25,256 nt of DNA from Candidatus Woesearchaeota archaeon (GTDB taxonomy: Archaea; Nanobdellota; Nanobdellia; SCGC-AAA011-G17; PNOQ01), in the NCBI GenBank assembly GCA_043812195.1, contig JBDRML010000038.1, positions 1 to 25,256 of the forward strand. Direction: 5' to 3'. A program made the position numbers and the translations under genes. Numbering within the stretch: the first letter of the stretch is position 1; every line of letters starts with the position of its first letter. Positions 1 to 8,377 of this stretch are shown piece after piece. The notes under the pieces were generated by a model. It worked only from the letters and a program-made list of their open reading frames with translations. It made no database searches and had not been told where the DNA came from.

Positions 1-1302
1 ACTTCCAGCATAATCCCAATAAAAAGAAATATTAGAAAGCTGGATATCATCACTAGCATTACATTCAAAATCCACATTTTTAATATCTGTAATACTTCCA
101 TTTTCAGGATTTAATAAAGTAGTTGTTGGAGAATTATCAGGGAGAGCATGCATAGTGTAATCTATACTAACATTATAAAGTTCAGGACTATATAATAAAT
201 TTTCAGTATTAAAATCATAGTTATATTGGAAATATTGATTATCGTCTAAACTAAGACTTTGAGAAGAATTATCATTAATATCAATCCAACTTTCACCATT
301 ACAAGCATCATCATCACAACTTCTTACTGTTAAATTCAGTCTTAATGAACCTCTCTTATAATGATCAAAAACTTCTGTAGAAGACAAAGCACGATTAAAA
401 ATAGAGACTTCATCTGCAATCATATCAAAAGGATAGTCTAGAGTACTAACAAACAGATTATAACTTCCTTGTTGAATAGCACTATCAAAAACATTATTTC
501 CAGAATTATCCTCTGCTCCATCAAGATAAATATAACCATTACTACCATCTTTAACAACAGTTATATGATACCAGTTATCAACATTTAACCCAGAAACACT
601 GCTAAAAGAATCACCATTGATAACAAAAACAACAGTACCATCACTATCAACCCAAATAGAATAAGCTTGATTGTAACTACCTTTAGTGATTAAATCAGGT
701 TGATTAGAAAAATCCCTAGGATAAATCCACGCTTCAATGGTAATATCTCCAGTTATATCTAAACTAGAATCATCACTTATCTGTATCCAATCATTACTTC
801 CATCAAAACTCAATCCATCATTAAATTTACCATCAACACCATAACTAATCCCTCCCCTATTTAACCCATCATTGCCATACCCAGAATAATCAATTATATC
901 TCCAGAAACTTCATTCATATGCATTAACAAAACATTTCCAGACATATTAGCTCCACCAATATCAATTTCTACAGCACCTGCATTGGGTAACTCTTCTTGA
1001 TAAGGAGCGCCTTTAATCCAACTAATATTATTCCAAATAGCAGTATTATTAACATCAAAAACTTCAGAAGTATAAGTACCTTCAGTATTTCCACTACTTA
1101 ATTGAACATGATCAACACTCCATTCTGTATTATTATAAGTTCCTTGATCAAACTCTCCCTGACTTCCAACATTAAAAACAGCCGCACCAACAAAACCGAT
1201 ATTTAAAACAATTAAATAAGTCATAAATGACAATAAAATAAATGATAAAAAATAAGATACATGAACAATATCGACCCTCTTTTTTCTAGACAGTTTCTTC
1301 AT
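1..1302 (-). CDS. Secreted/surface protein with LamG (concanavalin A-like) domain and Ig-like segment; runs off the window edge
   Basis: Absent from ORF track. Manual translation from ATG at 1302 is open to base 1: MKKLSRKKRVDIVHVSYFLSFILLSFMTYLIVLNIGFVGAAVFN..., LamG-type motifs GLSFDGSNDWIQI, ITIEAWIYP, WYHITVV, IYLDG, FNRALSSTEV; ends ...TTTLLNPENG...FECNASDDIQLSNISFYW. Confidence 0.85.
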   Translation of the reverse strand, partial: MKKLSRKKRVDIVHVSYFLSFILLSFMTYLIVLNIGFVGAAVFNVGSQGEFDQGTYNNTEWSVDHVQLSSGNTEGTYTSEVFDVNNTAIWNNISWIKGAPYQEELPNAGAVEIDIGGANMSGNVLLMHMNEVSGDIIDYSGYGNDGLNRGGISYGVDGKFNDGLSFDGSNDWIQISDDSSLDITGDITIEAWIYPRDFSNQPDLITKGSYNQAYSIWVDSDGTVVFVINGDSFSSVSGLNVDNWYHITVVKDGSNGYIYLDGAEDNSGNNVFDSAIQQGSYNLFVSTLDYPFDMIADEVSIFNRALSSTEVFDHYKRGSLRLNLTVRSCDDDACNGESWIDINDNSSQSLSLDDNQYFQYNYDFNTENLLYSPELYNVSIDYTMHALPDNSPTTTLLNPENGSITDIKNVDFECNASDDIQLSNISFYWDYAGS

Positions 1303-1343
1303 TAATTCTATTAAAGAAATCAATAATATTTAAATGTTTAGTT

Positions 1344-2681
1344 TTATTTATTCTCTAAATCTTCCAGATCTTTATATAGTTTACTAGCCTCATCAGAATT
1401 CTTTTTAACCTTATTTATAGATTTATTTCTATTTTTAGTTATTTTCTTCTTTTTATTTTGGTTTTTGTTAGATTTTGAAAATAATTTACTAAAAAAGCTT
1501 ATTTTTTGCTTTTTAACTGGTTTTATTTTATTATTTTTAAATTTTTTTAATGTAGTTTGGGGTTTTTTATTCTTCTCATACAAAAGACCTTCTTTTTCAA
1601 CTGCCCTAATACAAACAAAACCAATAATAAGCCCAAGCATTAAAACAGGAAATAAATTATCAACAGTGAAATCTCCAAATTTAGTACCTAAAGAAGCAAA
1701 CCCAGTAAAAAACCCACTCAAAAAATCTCCCTCACTGTTTTGTGTTTCAAAAGTAGGCAAAGTTTCCTGTGTTTCAGTCTCATTGTCTTCTGTTTCATTT
1801 ACATCCAAATCATCATCTTCAACAGAACTAGTTTGCTGTGTATTTCTATTTGCGCCTATTGTTGTAGTAGAACTTCCACTATCATCATCGTCCTCCTCCT
1901 CATCAACTTCATATGCAACTTCAAAATCTCTTGTCTCTGAAGCATTAGCAAAATTATCAACATCAGTACAATTTACAGACCATGTATAATTATTATTACC
2001 CATACCAGTCTCATTAAATGTATGTGTACTACCAACACCCACATTAGTAACAGTAGTATCAATAGCATTATCTAAAATAAAACTACAATTAGAAACAGAC
2101 AAAACACTTGCAACACTATAAGAAAAAGTAACATTATTAGTACTTGTATAACTCGTATCATTAATTGGAGAATTCAAACTTACATTCAAAGAAGAAGAAA
2201 GAATCTCAGCACCAATACTAACATTATATAATAACGGGCTCATATTAGAATCATTAGTCTCAAAATGAAACTTATACTGGAAATATCTACCAGTTAAACT
2301 AAAATTCTTCAGAACACTCCCATTATAATAATAACTAGAATTAGTACCATCACTACCAATATAGTCTCCCAAACTAGAATTATCATCACTAGCCCTCATT
2401 TGAAGACTTAAATTAGTTATAGTTTCATTAATATTTGCCTCAATCCAACTTATATTATTCCATACAGCATAAAATCCAGCATCAAAAATCTTAGAAGTAT
2501 AAGTTCCATTATTATAAGTTAAATTTAATTGAACATAAGATGAATTATAATAAGTTTTATCATAAGTTCCTTCATCAAAATCACCCTCAATTTCAGTATT
2601 AAAAACAGCCGCATATCCTAAGCTAAATAATGATAGAACAATGCCTACTAAAAAAATAGATATATACACCTCTTTATTCAT
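1344..2681 (-). CDS. Membrane-anchored surface glycoprotein, paralogue of the adjacent 1-1302 protein without LamG
   Basis: Signal peptide, many N-x-S/T sequons, Ig-like segment (VSLNSP...YTWSVNCTD), acidic linker, TM helix (LFPVLMLGLIIGFVCI), Lys-rich tail. Confidence 0.8.
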   Translation of the reverse strand: MNKEVYISIFLVGIVLSLFSLGYAAVFNTEIEGDFDEGTYDKTYYNSSYVQLNLTYNNGTYTSKIFDAGFYAVWNNISWIEANINETITNLSLQMRASDDNSSLGDYIGSDGTNSSYYYNGSVLKNFSLTGRYFQYKFHFETNDSNMSPLLYNVSIGAEILSSSLNVSLNSPINDTSYTSTNNVTFSYSVASVLSVSNCSFILDNAIDTTVTNVGVGSTHTFNETGMGNNNYTWSVNCTDVDNFANASETRDFEVAYEVDEEEDDDDSGSSTTTIGANRNTQQTSSVEDDDLDVNETEDNETETQETLPTFETQNSEGDFLSGFFTGFASLGTKFGDFTVDNLFPVLMLGLIIGFVCIRAVEKEGLLYEKNKKPQTTLKKFKNNKIKPVKKQKISFFSKLFSKSNKNQNKKKKITKNRNKSINKVKKNSDEASKLYKDLEDLENK

Positions 2682-2722
2682 ATAATTAATAAAAAGTAAA
2701 TATTATTTAAATCTTTCGGGAA

Positions 2723-2811
2723 AGCTCCAGCCGAGAATCGAACTCGGGACCTCTGCCTCTTTGTTGTTTTCAATACCAAGGCAACGCTCTAACCGACTGA
2801 GCTACTGGAGC
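2723..2811 (-). tRNA. tRNA-Thr(GGT) with 15-nt intron (2759-2773) at 37/38
   Basis: GCTCCAG/CTGGAGC acceptor stem, GCTC/GAGC D stem, TTGCC/GGCAG anticodon stem with TT-GGT-A, CCGAG-TTCGATT-CTCGG T arm. Confidence 0.93.
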
Positions 2812-2822
2812 AATTAAAATAA

Positions 2823-2949
2823 TGCAGGGGAAGGGATTTGAACCCTCGAACCCACTAAGAGACAGGATATCATAAAGATTTATTATGAATTATTAATTCA
2901 TATGTCCCACTTAAGTCCTGCGCATTTGACCAGACTTTGCTACCCCTGC
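2823..2949 (-). tRNA. tRNA-Leu(TAA) with 41-nt intron (2869-2909) at 37/38
   Basis: GCAGGGG/CCCCTGC acceptor stem, CAGGA/TCCTG anticodon stem with CT-TAA-G, long variable region, GAGGG-TTCAAAT-CCCTT T arm. Confidence 0.93.
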
Positions 2950-2984
2950 ATCAAGTTTTTGAGAAGTATTTTTCTTTATAAAAC

Positions 2985-5156
2985 TTACCACTCGTCATAT
3001 CTTACAAACAATTTCCTAGATATTATCCAAACAACAAAACCAATCATTATAACTGCTAAAGCACCCAAAGCATAAACAGCAACACCACCATCTCCTATTA
3101 TATTATTATTTTCTAAAACACATCCAGCATTATCATCACAAACATAATCATTAGGACAATTAATCTCACCAGTCCATGTTAAACAATTATTAGCTAAATA
3201 TCCACATCTTGAAAATGAAGTATCAGTAAGACAAGTAAATCCACCAGCATCACAATTATTAGTACATCCAATAGGTGGAGAAATAGGATCACTTTCATTA
3301 TTATCACTAAACCAAACACAACCAGAATCTAAAGGATAATCAACAAAACCATCATTATCATTATCTATATCATCATTACATTGATATACAACATTACAAA
3401 TTCCACAATCTTGCTCGCATGTTTCACAAGATTCACTATTATCGCAATTCCCATCTCCACAAGTTCCAGGACATGCTCCACAGTCTAAAGGACAAGTTAA
3501 ACAAGTTTCATCTCCATTACATTCATCATCTCCACAATAAGGAATTTCATCCCCACAAAAATCACCATCATTCAATATAACTCCATCACACCCACAAGTG
3601 CCAATTACTTCACCTTCAGAACAAGCATTTAATAATAAAGCACCTTCATTAGTACGTAAAACAACACTATTAACAGGCCCAGAAATACTTCCATCAGCCT
3701 GTATAAAATAATAAGAACCATCCAAGTCATAATTTATAGGATCAACATAAGAATTACATTCTGGCCCAGAACTACTACATCTATTCCCTTTCCATCTAGC
3801 AATAACCAATCCATTATCATAATAGCGAGCAACAACAACATTAGCCAAATTATAAGAACTACAATCTAATCTAATATTTTTATTATTCCAATCAAAAAAT
3901 CTATTAGTATTACTTGAACCATAAAAATCAACAATACCAGAAGGATTAACATGAGGCATACCTAAATTAACTTCAGCCATTTTATTCCATTCACTACCAA
4001 CTAAATTCTCTCCACCACCATTGTCACTATAACCATAATATAAATAAGAATTCTTAACTAAATAATATTTGGCAATTGAAAATATCTTAGTTCTCTCATC
4101 AGGATAAGATCCTTCAAATGGAAAATTATAAGTCATAACAAAAAAATGATTTCGACCATTATTGCTATATTCCCAAGCTTCTCTCATATCATAACATTCA
4201 TAATCCCAAGAAGGCATATTCTGTTCTCCTCTTGATATTGGTGAAACCCAGCTTTCAGGAGTATAATAATTAAGATTATTCAAAACCCAAGTTGTATAAG
4301 GTCCGATTCCAGGATAACTTCTTATCCAATACATTCCATTAACATTTCCCATCCAAATCAATGGTTTATTTAATTCATTTTCAACTTCTTGTTTAACAGA
4401 TAAAAAATAATTATTATAATCTCTATTTCTTTGATGCTCTTGTCCCCATATATCTTGCTGCCCCCAATATTCAATAGTTTTATCTATTGAACTAGATCCT
4501 AAATACAAAATATTATCCCAAAAAATGCCATCTGGTGCAGCTAATGGATTATAATAATTAAATATTTTTTTAATTCGCCAAACCCCATAATCTTTATACA
4601 CATCATTATAATTTGGCATAAGCCATCCACTTGCCCTATAAGTTGGATCAGGATCAGGAACACGAGATTCATAAAGCCAAGAAGCAGAAGAAGAAGTACA
4701 TCCTTGCGCAGAAGTTCCTGTACATCTTCCTGTTTCAGCATTTTCTAAATTGCATCCTTTATACAATGTAGAACCAATAGGAACATCACACTTGTAATGT
4801 AAATAAATACTCTCTTTCTCACTCGTAGTGTATTGAGTATTTAGATTAAAAAATTCAGGTATATTTAATTGCTCTGAAGTACTTATATAAGCCAAGCCTG
4901 TAAAAGGTAAAATATCTATATTGGGATTTCTTTGTTTTATAATCTGACTTTTATCTTGTAAATGTGCAACTGCAATATCATAATGATCAGCAACAAAATT
5001 AGCCTCTGCAACACTATAACTTCCAGGCTGTTTAATATTTTCATATAAGCCAGTATTTATCCAAGGATAATTATCAGCAGCAAAAACTATAGGAATACCT
5101 AACAAAAAAATAACTAACAAAAAACAACCTATTATTCCCTCTTTTTTAAAATCCAT
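2985..5156 (-). CDS. Membrane-anchored extracellular protein: putative glycoside-hydrolase-like barrel plus Cys-rich repeats and C-terminal TM
   Basis: Signal peptide; PDGIFWDN and YTPESW motifs reminiscent of putative TIM-barrel glycosidases; CGDxxCxxxExCxTCxxDCG repeats; QCNDDIDNDNDGFVDYPLDSGC Ca-binding-like repeat; TM VAVYALGALAVIMIGFVVWII. Confidence 0.65.
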   Translation of the reverse strand: MDFKKEGIIGCFLLVIFLLGIPIVFAADNYPWINTGLYENIKQPGSYSVAEANFVADHYDIAVAHLQDKSQIIKQRNPNIDILPFTGLAYISTSEQLNIPEFFNLNTQYTTSEKESIYLHYKCDVPIGSTLYKGCNLENAETGRCTGTSAQGCTSSSASWLYESRVPDPDPTYRASGWLMPNYNDVYKDYGVWRIKKIFNYYNPLAAPDGIFWDNILYLGSSSIDKTIEYWGQQDIWGQEHQRNRDYNNYFLSVKQEVENELNKPLIWMGNVNGMYWIRSYPGIGPYTTWVLNNLNYYTPESWVSPISRGEQNMPSWDYECYDMREAWEYSNNGRNHFFVMTYNFPFEGSYPDERTKIFSIAKYYLVKNSYLYYGYSDNGGGENLVGSEWNKMAEVNLGMPHVNPSGIVDFYGSSNTNRFFDWNNKNIRLDCSSYNLANVVVARYYDNGLVIARWKGNRCSSSGPECNSYVDPINYDLDGSYYFIQADGSISGPVNSVVLRTNEGALLLNACSEGEVIGTCGCDGVILNDGDFCGDEIPYCGDDECNGDETCLTCPLDCGACPGTCGDGNCDNSESCETCEQDCGICNVVYQCNDDIDNDNDGFVDYPLDSGCVWFSDNNESDPISPPIGCTNNCDAGGFTCLTDTSFSRCGYLANNCLTWTGEINCPNDYVCDDNAGCVLENNNIIGDGGVAVYALGALAVIMIGFVVWIISRKLFVRYDEW

Positions 5157-5271
5157 AATTAATCTAAAATTTATTTCTTTATATTATAAATTTAACTAAT
5201 AATTGAACTGTTTATCAAATCATAAAAAAGTATCTTTCATTAAAAAATAAGCTAAAAAAAATTTATCCTTG

Positions 5272-6804
5272 TTAATAATGTTGATAGGGCTTAGTTTTTT
5301 TTGATACTTGATCACATGGAATAATTGTAGCACCTTGCCAGTTTCCTCCACCCTGGATAGGAGTAGATTTAAACTCTCCAACAACAGTACCACCATTTAC
5401 AAAAATATTGTATCCATCGTTATAACAAACAGTACCACTTCCTTCAAGCATACTAGATTCTCCTTGTCCCAAATCAGAACCAACATAAATTCCATTTCCA
5501 TTTCCATTACTACTAAGAGAATAAGATACTCCTCCTGCAACAGAATTATCAGTTAAAGAGACTCCATAATCATCATTACCAGTTGTCTCAACACCCCAAA
5601 CAAAAGAGTTATCAAAGGCACTCACTCCCGATGCACCGTTGTTTCTTGTTTTTAGATTATAGCCATCGCTATTCCAAAACATAAGTGCACCATCATAACC
5701 ATTATTATATGTCTTAATATCAGAAAAATAACCATTATAAAAAACAAATCCATAATTTTCATTATCATATGAATCACACCCTTCAACATAACCGCCTTCA
5801 TAGACAAAAAACCCTATATAATCGTTTCCCCAAGATATACAATCTAAAGCATGGCCACCCTCTAATCCAAATCCGTAAAACTGATTGTCATAAGCAGTAC
5901 TAGTGTAAATTTCAACATTGTTACTAAAAACATAATATCCACAATAGTTTCCGTTTGAACGGCTTCCAATAATAACACTATTATCATGCACACTGAATCC
6001 ATCATAATAGTTATTTGAAGCAATACAATTATATACCTCTGCATCCCCAGAAAGGTAAAATCCGACGAAATTATCAATTGACTCACTATTTCTCAAAGTT
6101 CCAGAATCCATGACAAAAAATCCTTCCTCTTCATTATTTATAGCAAGATTATCACTATTCCCTTCATTGGGAGAATGTATACTAAAACCATAATAGCCCG
6201 AGTCTGCAACAGACGAACTCACTTTTCCATTATCGTAAACAACAAATCCATATAACTTTCCATAAACTCTACAGTTCTTAGCATGATGATTATCATATAC
6301 ATATATTCCATAACCATCTTCTCCAGCACTTGTCTTAGGATAAATCGTATAATCATTACAAGTAAAGTAACCATTATCATCCCCACCTTGCAAAACAATT
6401 GTATAATCAAACTCAACATTCTCAGTTATTTCATAACACCCGCTATCAAAATTTAAATATAAATCGCCATAAAGACTATCAAGAAATCCTTGTGTAATGA
6501 CAGCACAATCTTTTCCACCACCTGGCTCACCTAAAATTGCAGCAGGATTTCCTGATAACTCAAAAGAAGGTCTTTGTCTTTCAATATCAATATCATTCTT
6601 GAGTCTTTCAGAAATTTTCTGGTCAACATTCTCTCTAAGTTCTTCCAATCTCATCTCTTCATTATTATTAGAAACAACAGGATTAATTTTTCCAAGTCTA
6701 GGAGCATTAATAATTTCAAATATTAAAACACTTCCCACAATTAAAACCACAATACCCAAAACAATAAATTTTTTATTAATACTTTTTGACTTTTTTTTGA
6801 CCAT
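5272..6804 (-). CDS. Right-handed parallel beta-helix (pectin lyase-like/NosD-like) surface protein
   Basis: N-terminal basic stretch plus TM anchor; ~21-aa repeats of type N.YGF.V.... (NYYDGFSVHDNS, NQFYGFGLEGG, NENYGFVFYNG). Confidence 0.8.
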   Translation of the reverse strand: MVKKKSKSINKKFIVLGIVVLIVGSVLIFEIINAPRLGKINPVVSNNNEEMRLEELRENVDQKISERLKNDIDIERQRPSFELSGNPAAILGEPGGGKDCAVITQGFLDSLYGDLYLNFDSGCYEITENVEFDYTIVLQGGDDNGYFTCNDYTIYPKTSAGEDGYGIYVYDNHHAKNCRVYGKLYGFVVYDNGKVSSSVADSGYYGFSIHSPNEGNSDNLAINNEEEGFFVMDSGTLRNSESIDNFVGFYLSGDAEVYNCIASNNYYDGFSVHDNSVIIGSRSNGNYCGYYVFSNNVEIYTSTAYDNQFYGFGLEGGHALDCISWGNDYIGFFVYEGGYVEGCDSYDNENYGFVFYNGYFSDIKTYNNGYDGALMFWNSDGYNLKTRNNGASGVSAFDNSFVWGVETTGNDDYGVSLTDNSVAGGVSYSLSSNGNGNGIYVGSDLGQGESSMLEGSGTVCYNDGYNIFVNGGTVVGEFKSTPIQGGGNWQGATIIPCDQVSKKTKPYQHY

Positions 6805-6859
6805 AAAATCACCTTTTGTTTTACCTATAATAATTATTCTTTATAAATTTAACTAATAA

Positions 6860-7129
6860 TTAATGTTTTAATCTAAAATCCTCAAATCTTTTTTCAATCT
6901 CAATAACTTCCACATTAACAGTTTTAACCATAGCTGTAGGATGCTTAGTCCTAATAATCCTAATAACATCATCTATATTTTCTCTACTGCCATCAAAAAC
7001 TGCCTCAACACCACCATTTAAATTCCTAACATAACCCTTTAGTCCTAACTTAATCGCATTATCATAAACAAAGTATCTAAACCCAACACCCTGTACTTTT
7101 CCCATGATTAAAGCCTTGATTTGGACCAT
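6860..7129 (-). CDS. acyP: Acylphosphatase
   Basis: GKVQGVGFR and GYVRN signature motifs, 89 aa. Confidence 0.95.
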   Translation of the reverse strand: MVQIKALIMGKVQGVGFRYFVYDNAIKLGLKGYVRNLNGGVEAVFDGSRENIDDVIRIIRTKHPTAMVKTVNVEVIEIEKRFEDFRLKH

Positions 7130-7186
7130 AAATATGTATAAACATACTAATATTTAAATTATTAGAAAGTCCCAATTTATAGAAAA

Positions 7187-7360
7187 ATGGATAAAAAAAT
7201 AAGATTTTGTGATTATAGTTGTCCGTATATTAAATTTAATGAAAAACCAGCACCATGTCGCACTTTTGATGTAATTTATTGTACAAAATATAAAGTAGAA
7301 AGAGACAAAGGAGCAATATGTTTAGATCATGTAAGAAATAGGTTAGAAGATAAAGTATAA
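7187..7360 (+). CDS. Small Cys-rich hypothetical protein (57 aa), possible metal-binding
   Basis: Absent from ORF track. MDKKIRFCDYSCPYIKFNEKPAPCRTFDVIYCTKYKVERDKGAICLDHVRNRLEDKV*; divergent from acyP with TTTAAA box upstream. Confidence 0.7.
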   Translation: MDKKIRFCDYSCPYIKFNEKPAPCRTFDVIYCTKYKVERDKGAICLDHVRNRLEDKV

Positions 7361-7371
7361 AGCCTCAGGAG
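7359..7371 (-). repeat. Copy A of tRNA-Thr(TGT) 3' end (att-like), distal island boundary
   Basis: AAAGCCTCAGGAG identical (13 bp) to 10293-10305. Confidence 0.8.
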
Positions 7372-7509
7372 AGTCTTCAACATAGAAGTTCAAGTTCTAA
7401 GGGTAAAAAAGCGTTAGAGTTTATAAAGACTACTATTTTATTAGAATTCTCCCAATGTTTGATTATGTATCACACTTAAAGAGCAATCTATTAATTATTT
7501 TATCTGCCA

Positions 7510-7989
7510 TTATCTTTTCCTCTTTCCTGTTAATCTATGGAGCTCCCAAGAAATTAATCCTCCAATAACAACAATTGCTATTATTAGTATTATAAGATAT
7601 ATTTTTATCTGGGCCATCTCAGAACTTTTAACATTAAAATTCGCACTAACTTCTTCTTTTTCATTTACTATTACTCCTATTGTATATATTCCTGCAGGAG
7701 TTTCTTCAGGAACTTTAATTGAGGATAAAAAAGAGGCTTGAGTTTCAACAGCTTTTAACTCTCTTCTAGAATTAAGTATTATACTTCCTTTTTTAAGTTG
7801 ATAATCTAATTGAATGTCATGTCTTCCAGCTTTTTCAATGTTTTTAATTGCGATTTGAAATTGTAGTGTTTCTCCTGCTTGTATTTCTTGATATTTATCT
7901 GGGATTGTCACAGAGAGTTCAAATGCAGAGATAAGTTGTGAAATTAAAAGAATTACAATGAAGACAGAAAATATAATTTTTCTCTTCAT
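7510..7989 (-). CDS. Small membrane-anchored protein with Ig-like domain
   Basis: Signal peptide, beta-rich domain (IKVPEETPAGIYTIGV), C-terminal TM; GGAG SD upstream. Confidence 0.8.
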   Translation of the reverse strand: MKRKIIFSVFIVILLISQLISAFELSVTIPDKYQEIQAGETLQFQIAIKNIEKAGRHDIQLDYQLKKGSIILNSRRELKAVETQASFLSSIKVPEETPAGIYTIGVIVNEKEEVSANFNVKSSEMAQIKIYLIILIIAIVVIGGLISWELHRLTGKRKR

Positions 7990-8197
7990 TTTTTACTCCT
8001 TTCCCCAGAATTTTTACTTAAAACTCTGAGTTTTTTAGAAATTAAAATAAAGAAAATAACAAAAGATAATCCTACGATAAACATTGTAGAAAGAACAATC
8101 AATAAAAACTCACTCTCTAACTTATCTGAGGGGGAAAACACCTCTTCTTTTGATTTAATACTTACTAAGACCCAAAAATTATTTTCCTCTTTATCAT
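7986..8197 (-). pseudogene. Frameshifted/internally deleted membrane-protein gene
   Basis: ATG at 8197 after GAGG reads MIKRKIIFGS*; one extra T in the T5 run gives MIKRKIIFWVLVSIKSKEEVFSPSDKLESEFLLIVLSTMFIVGLSFVIFFILISKKLRVLSKNSGERSKK*, whose stop overlaps the next ATG (ATGA). Confidence 0.55.
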
Positions 8198-8308
8198 TAT
8201 TAACCTCAAGATAAAATTTATATTGATAATATTTAAATCTTTTTAATTGTTGCCTGCTGATTACAAATCATTTAAAGAATATTATGGAAAGTAGACCAAA
8301 AAATAGAT

Positions 8309-8346
8309 TTACCCTTTAATACATCGCTTATATAAATAAAGGGTAA
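8309..8346. repeat. 38-bp palindromic site left of fic
   Basis: TTACCCTTTA-N18-TAAAGGGTAA, perfect 10-bp arms, immediately upstream of TTTATAAA TATA box (8349-8356). Confidence 0.85.
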
Positions 8347-8377
8347 AGTTTATAAATAAGTAAAACATCTAAATAAT

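Noticed and set aside
1465-1989. 174-aa + strand ORF and other short antisense or alternate-frame ORFs (1740, 4541, 5308, 5862, 6219, 6497, 10998, 13310, 13468, 14831, 17190, 19086, 19700, 24488)
   Set aside because: Fully or largely overlap better-supported genes and have no recognisable motifs; expected shadows in AT-rich DNA.
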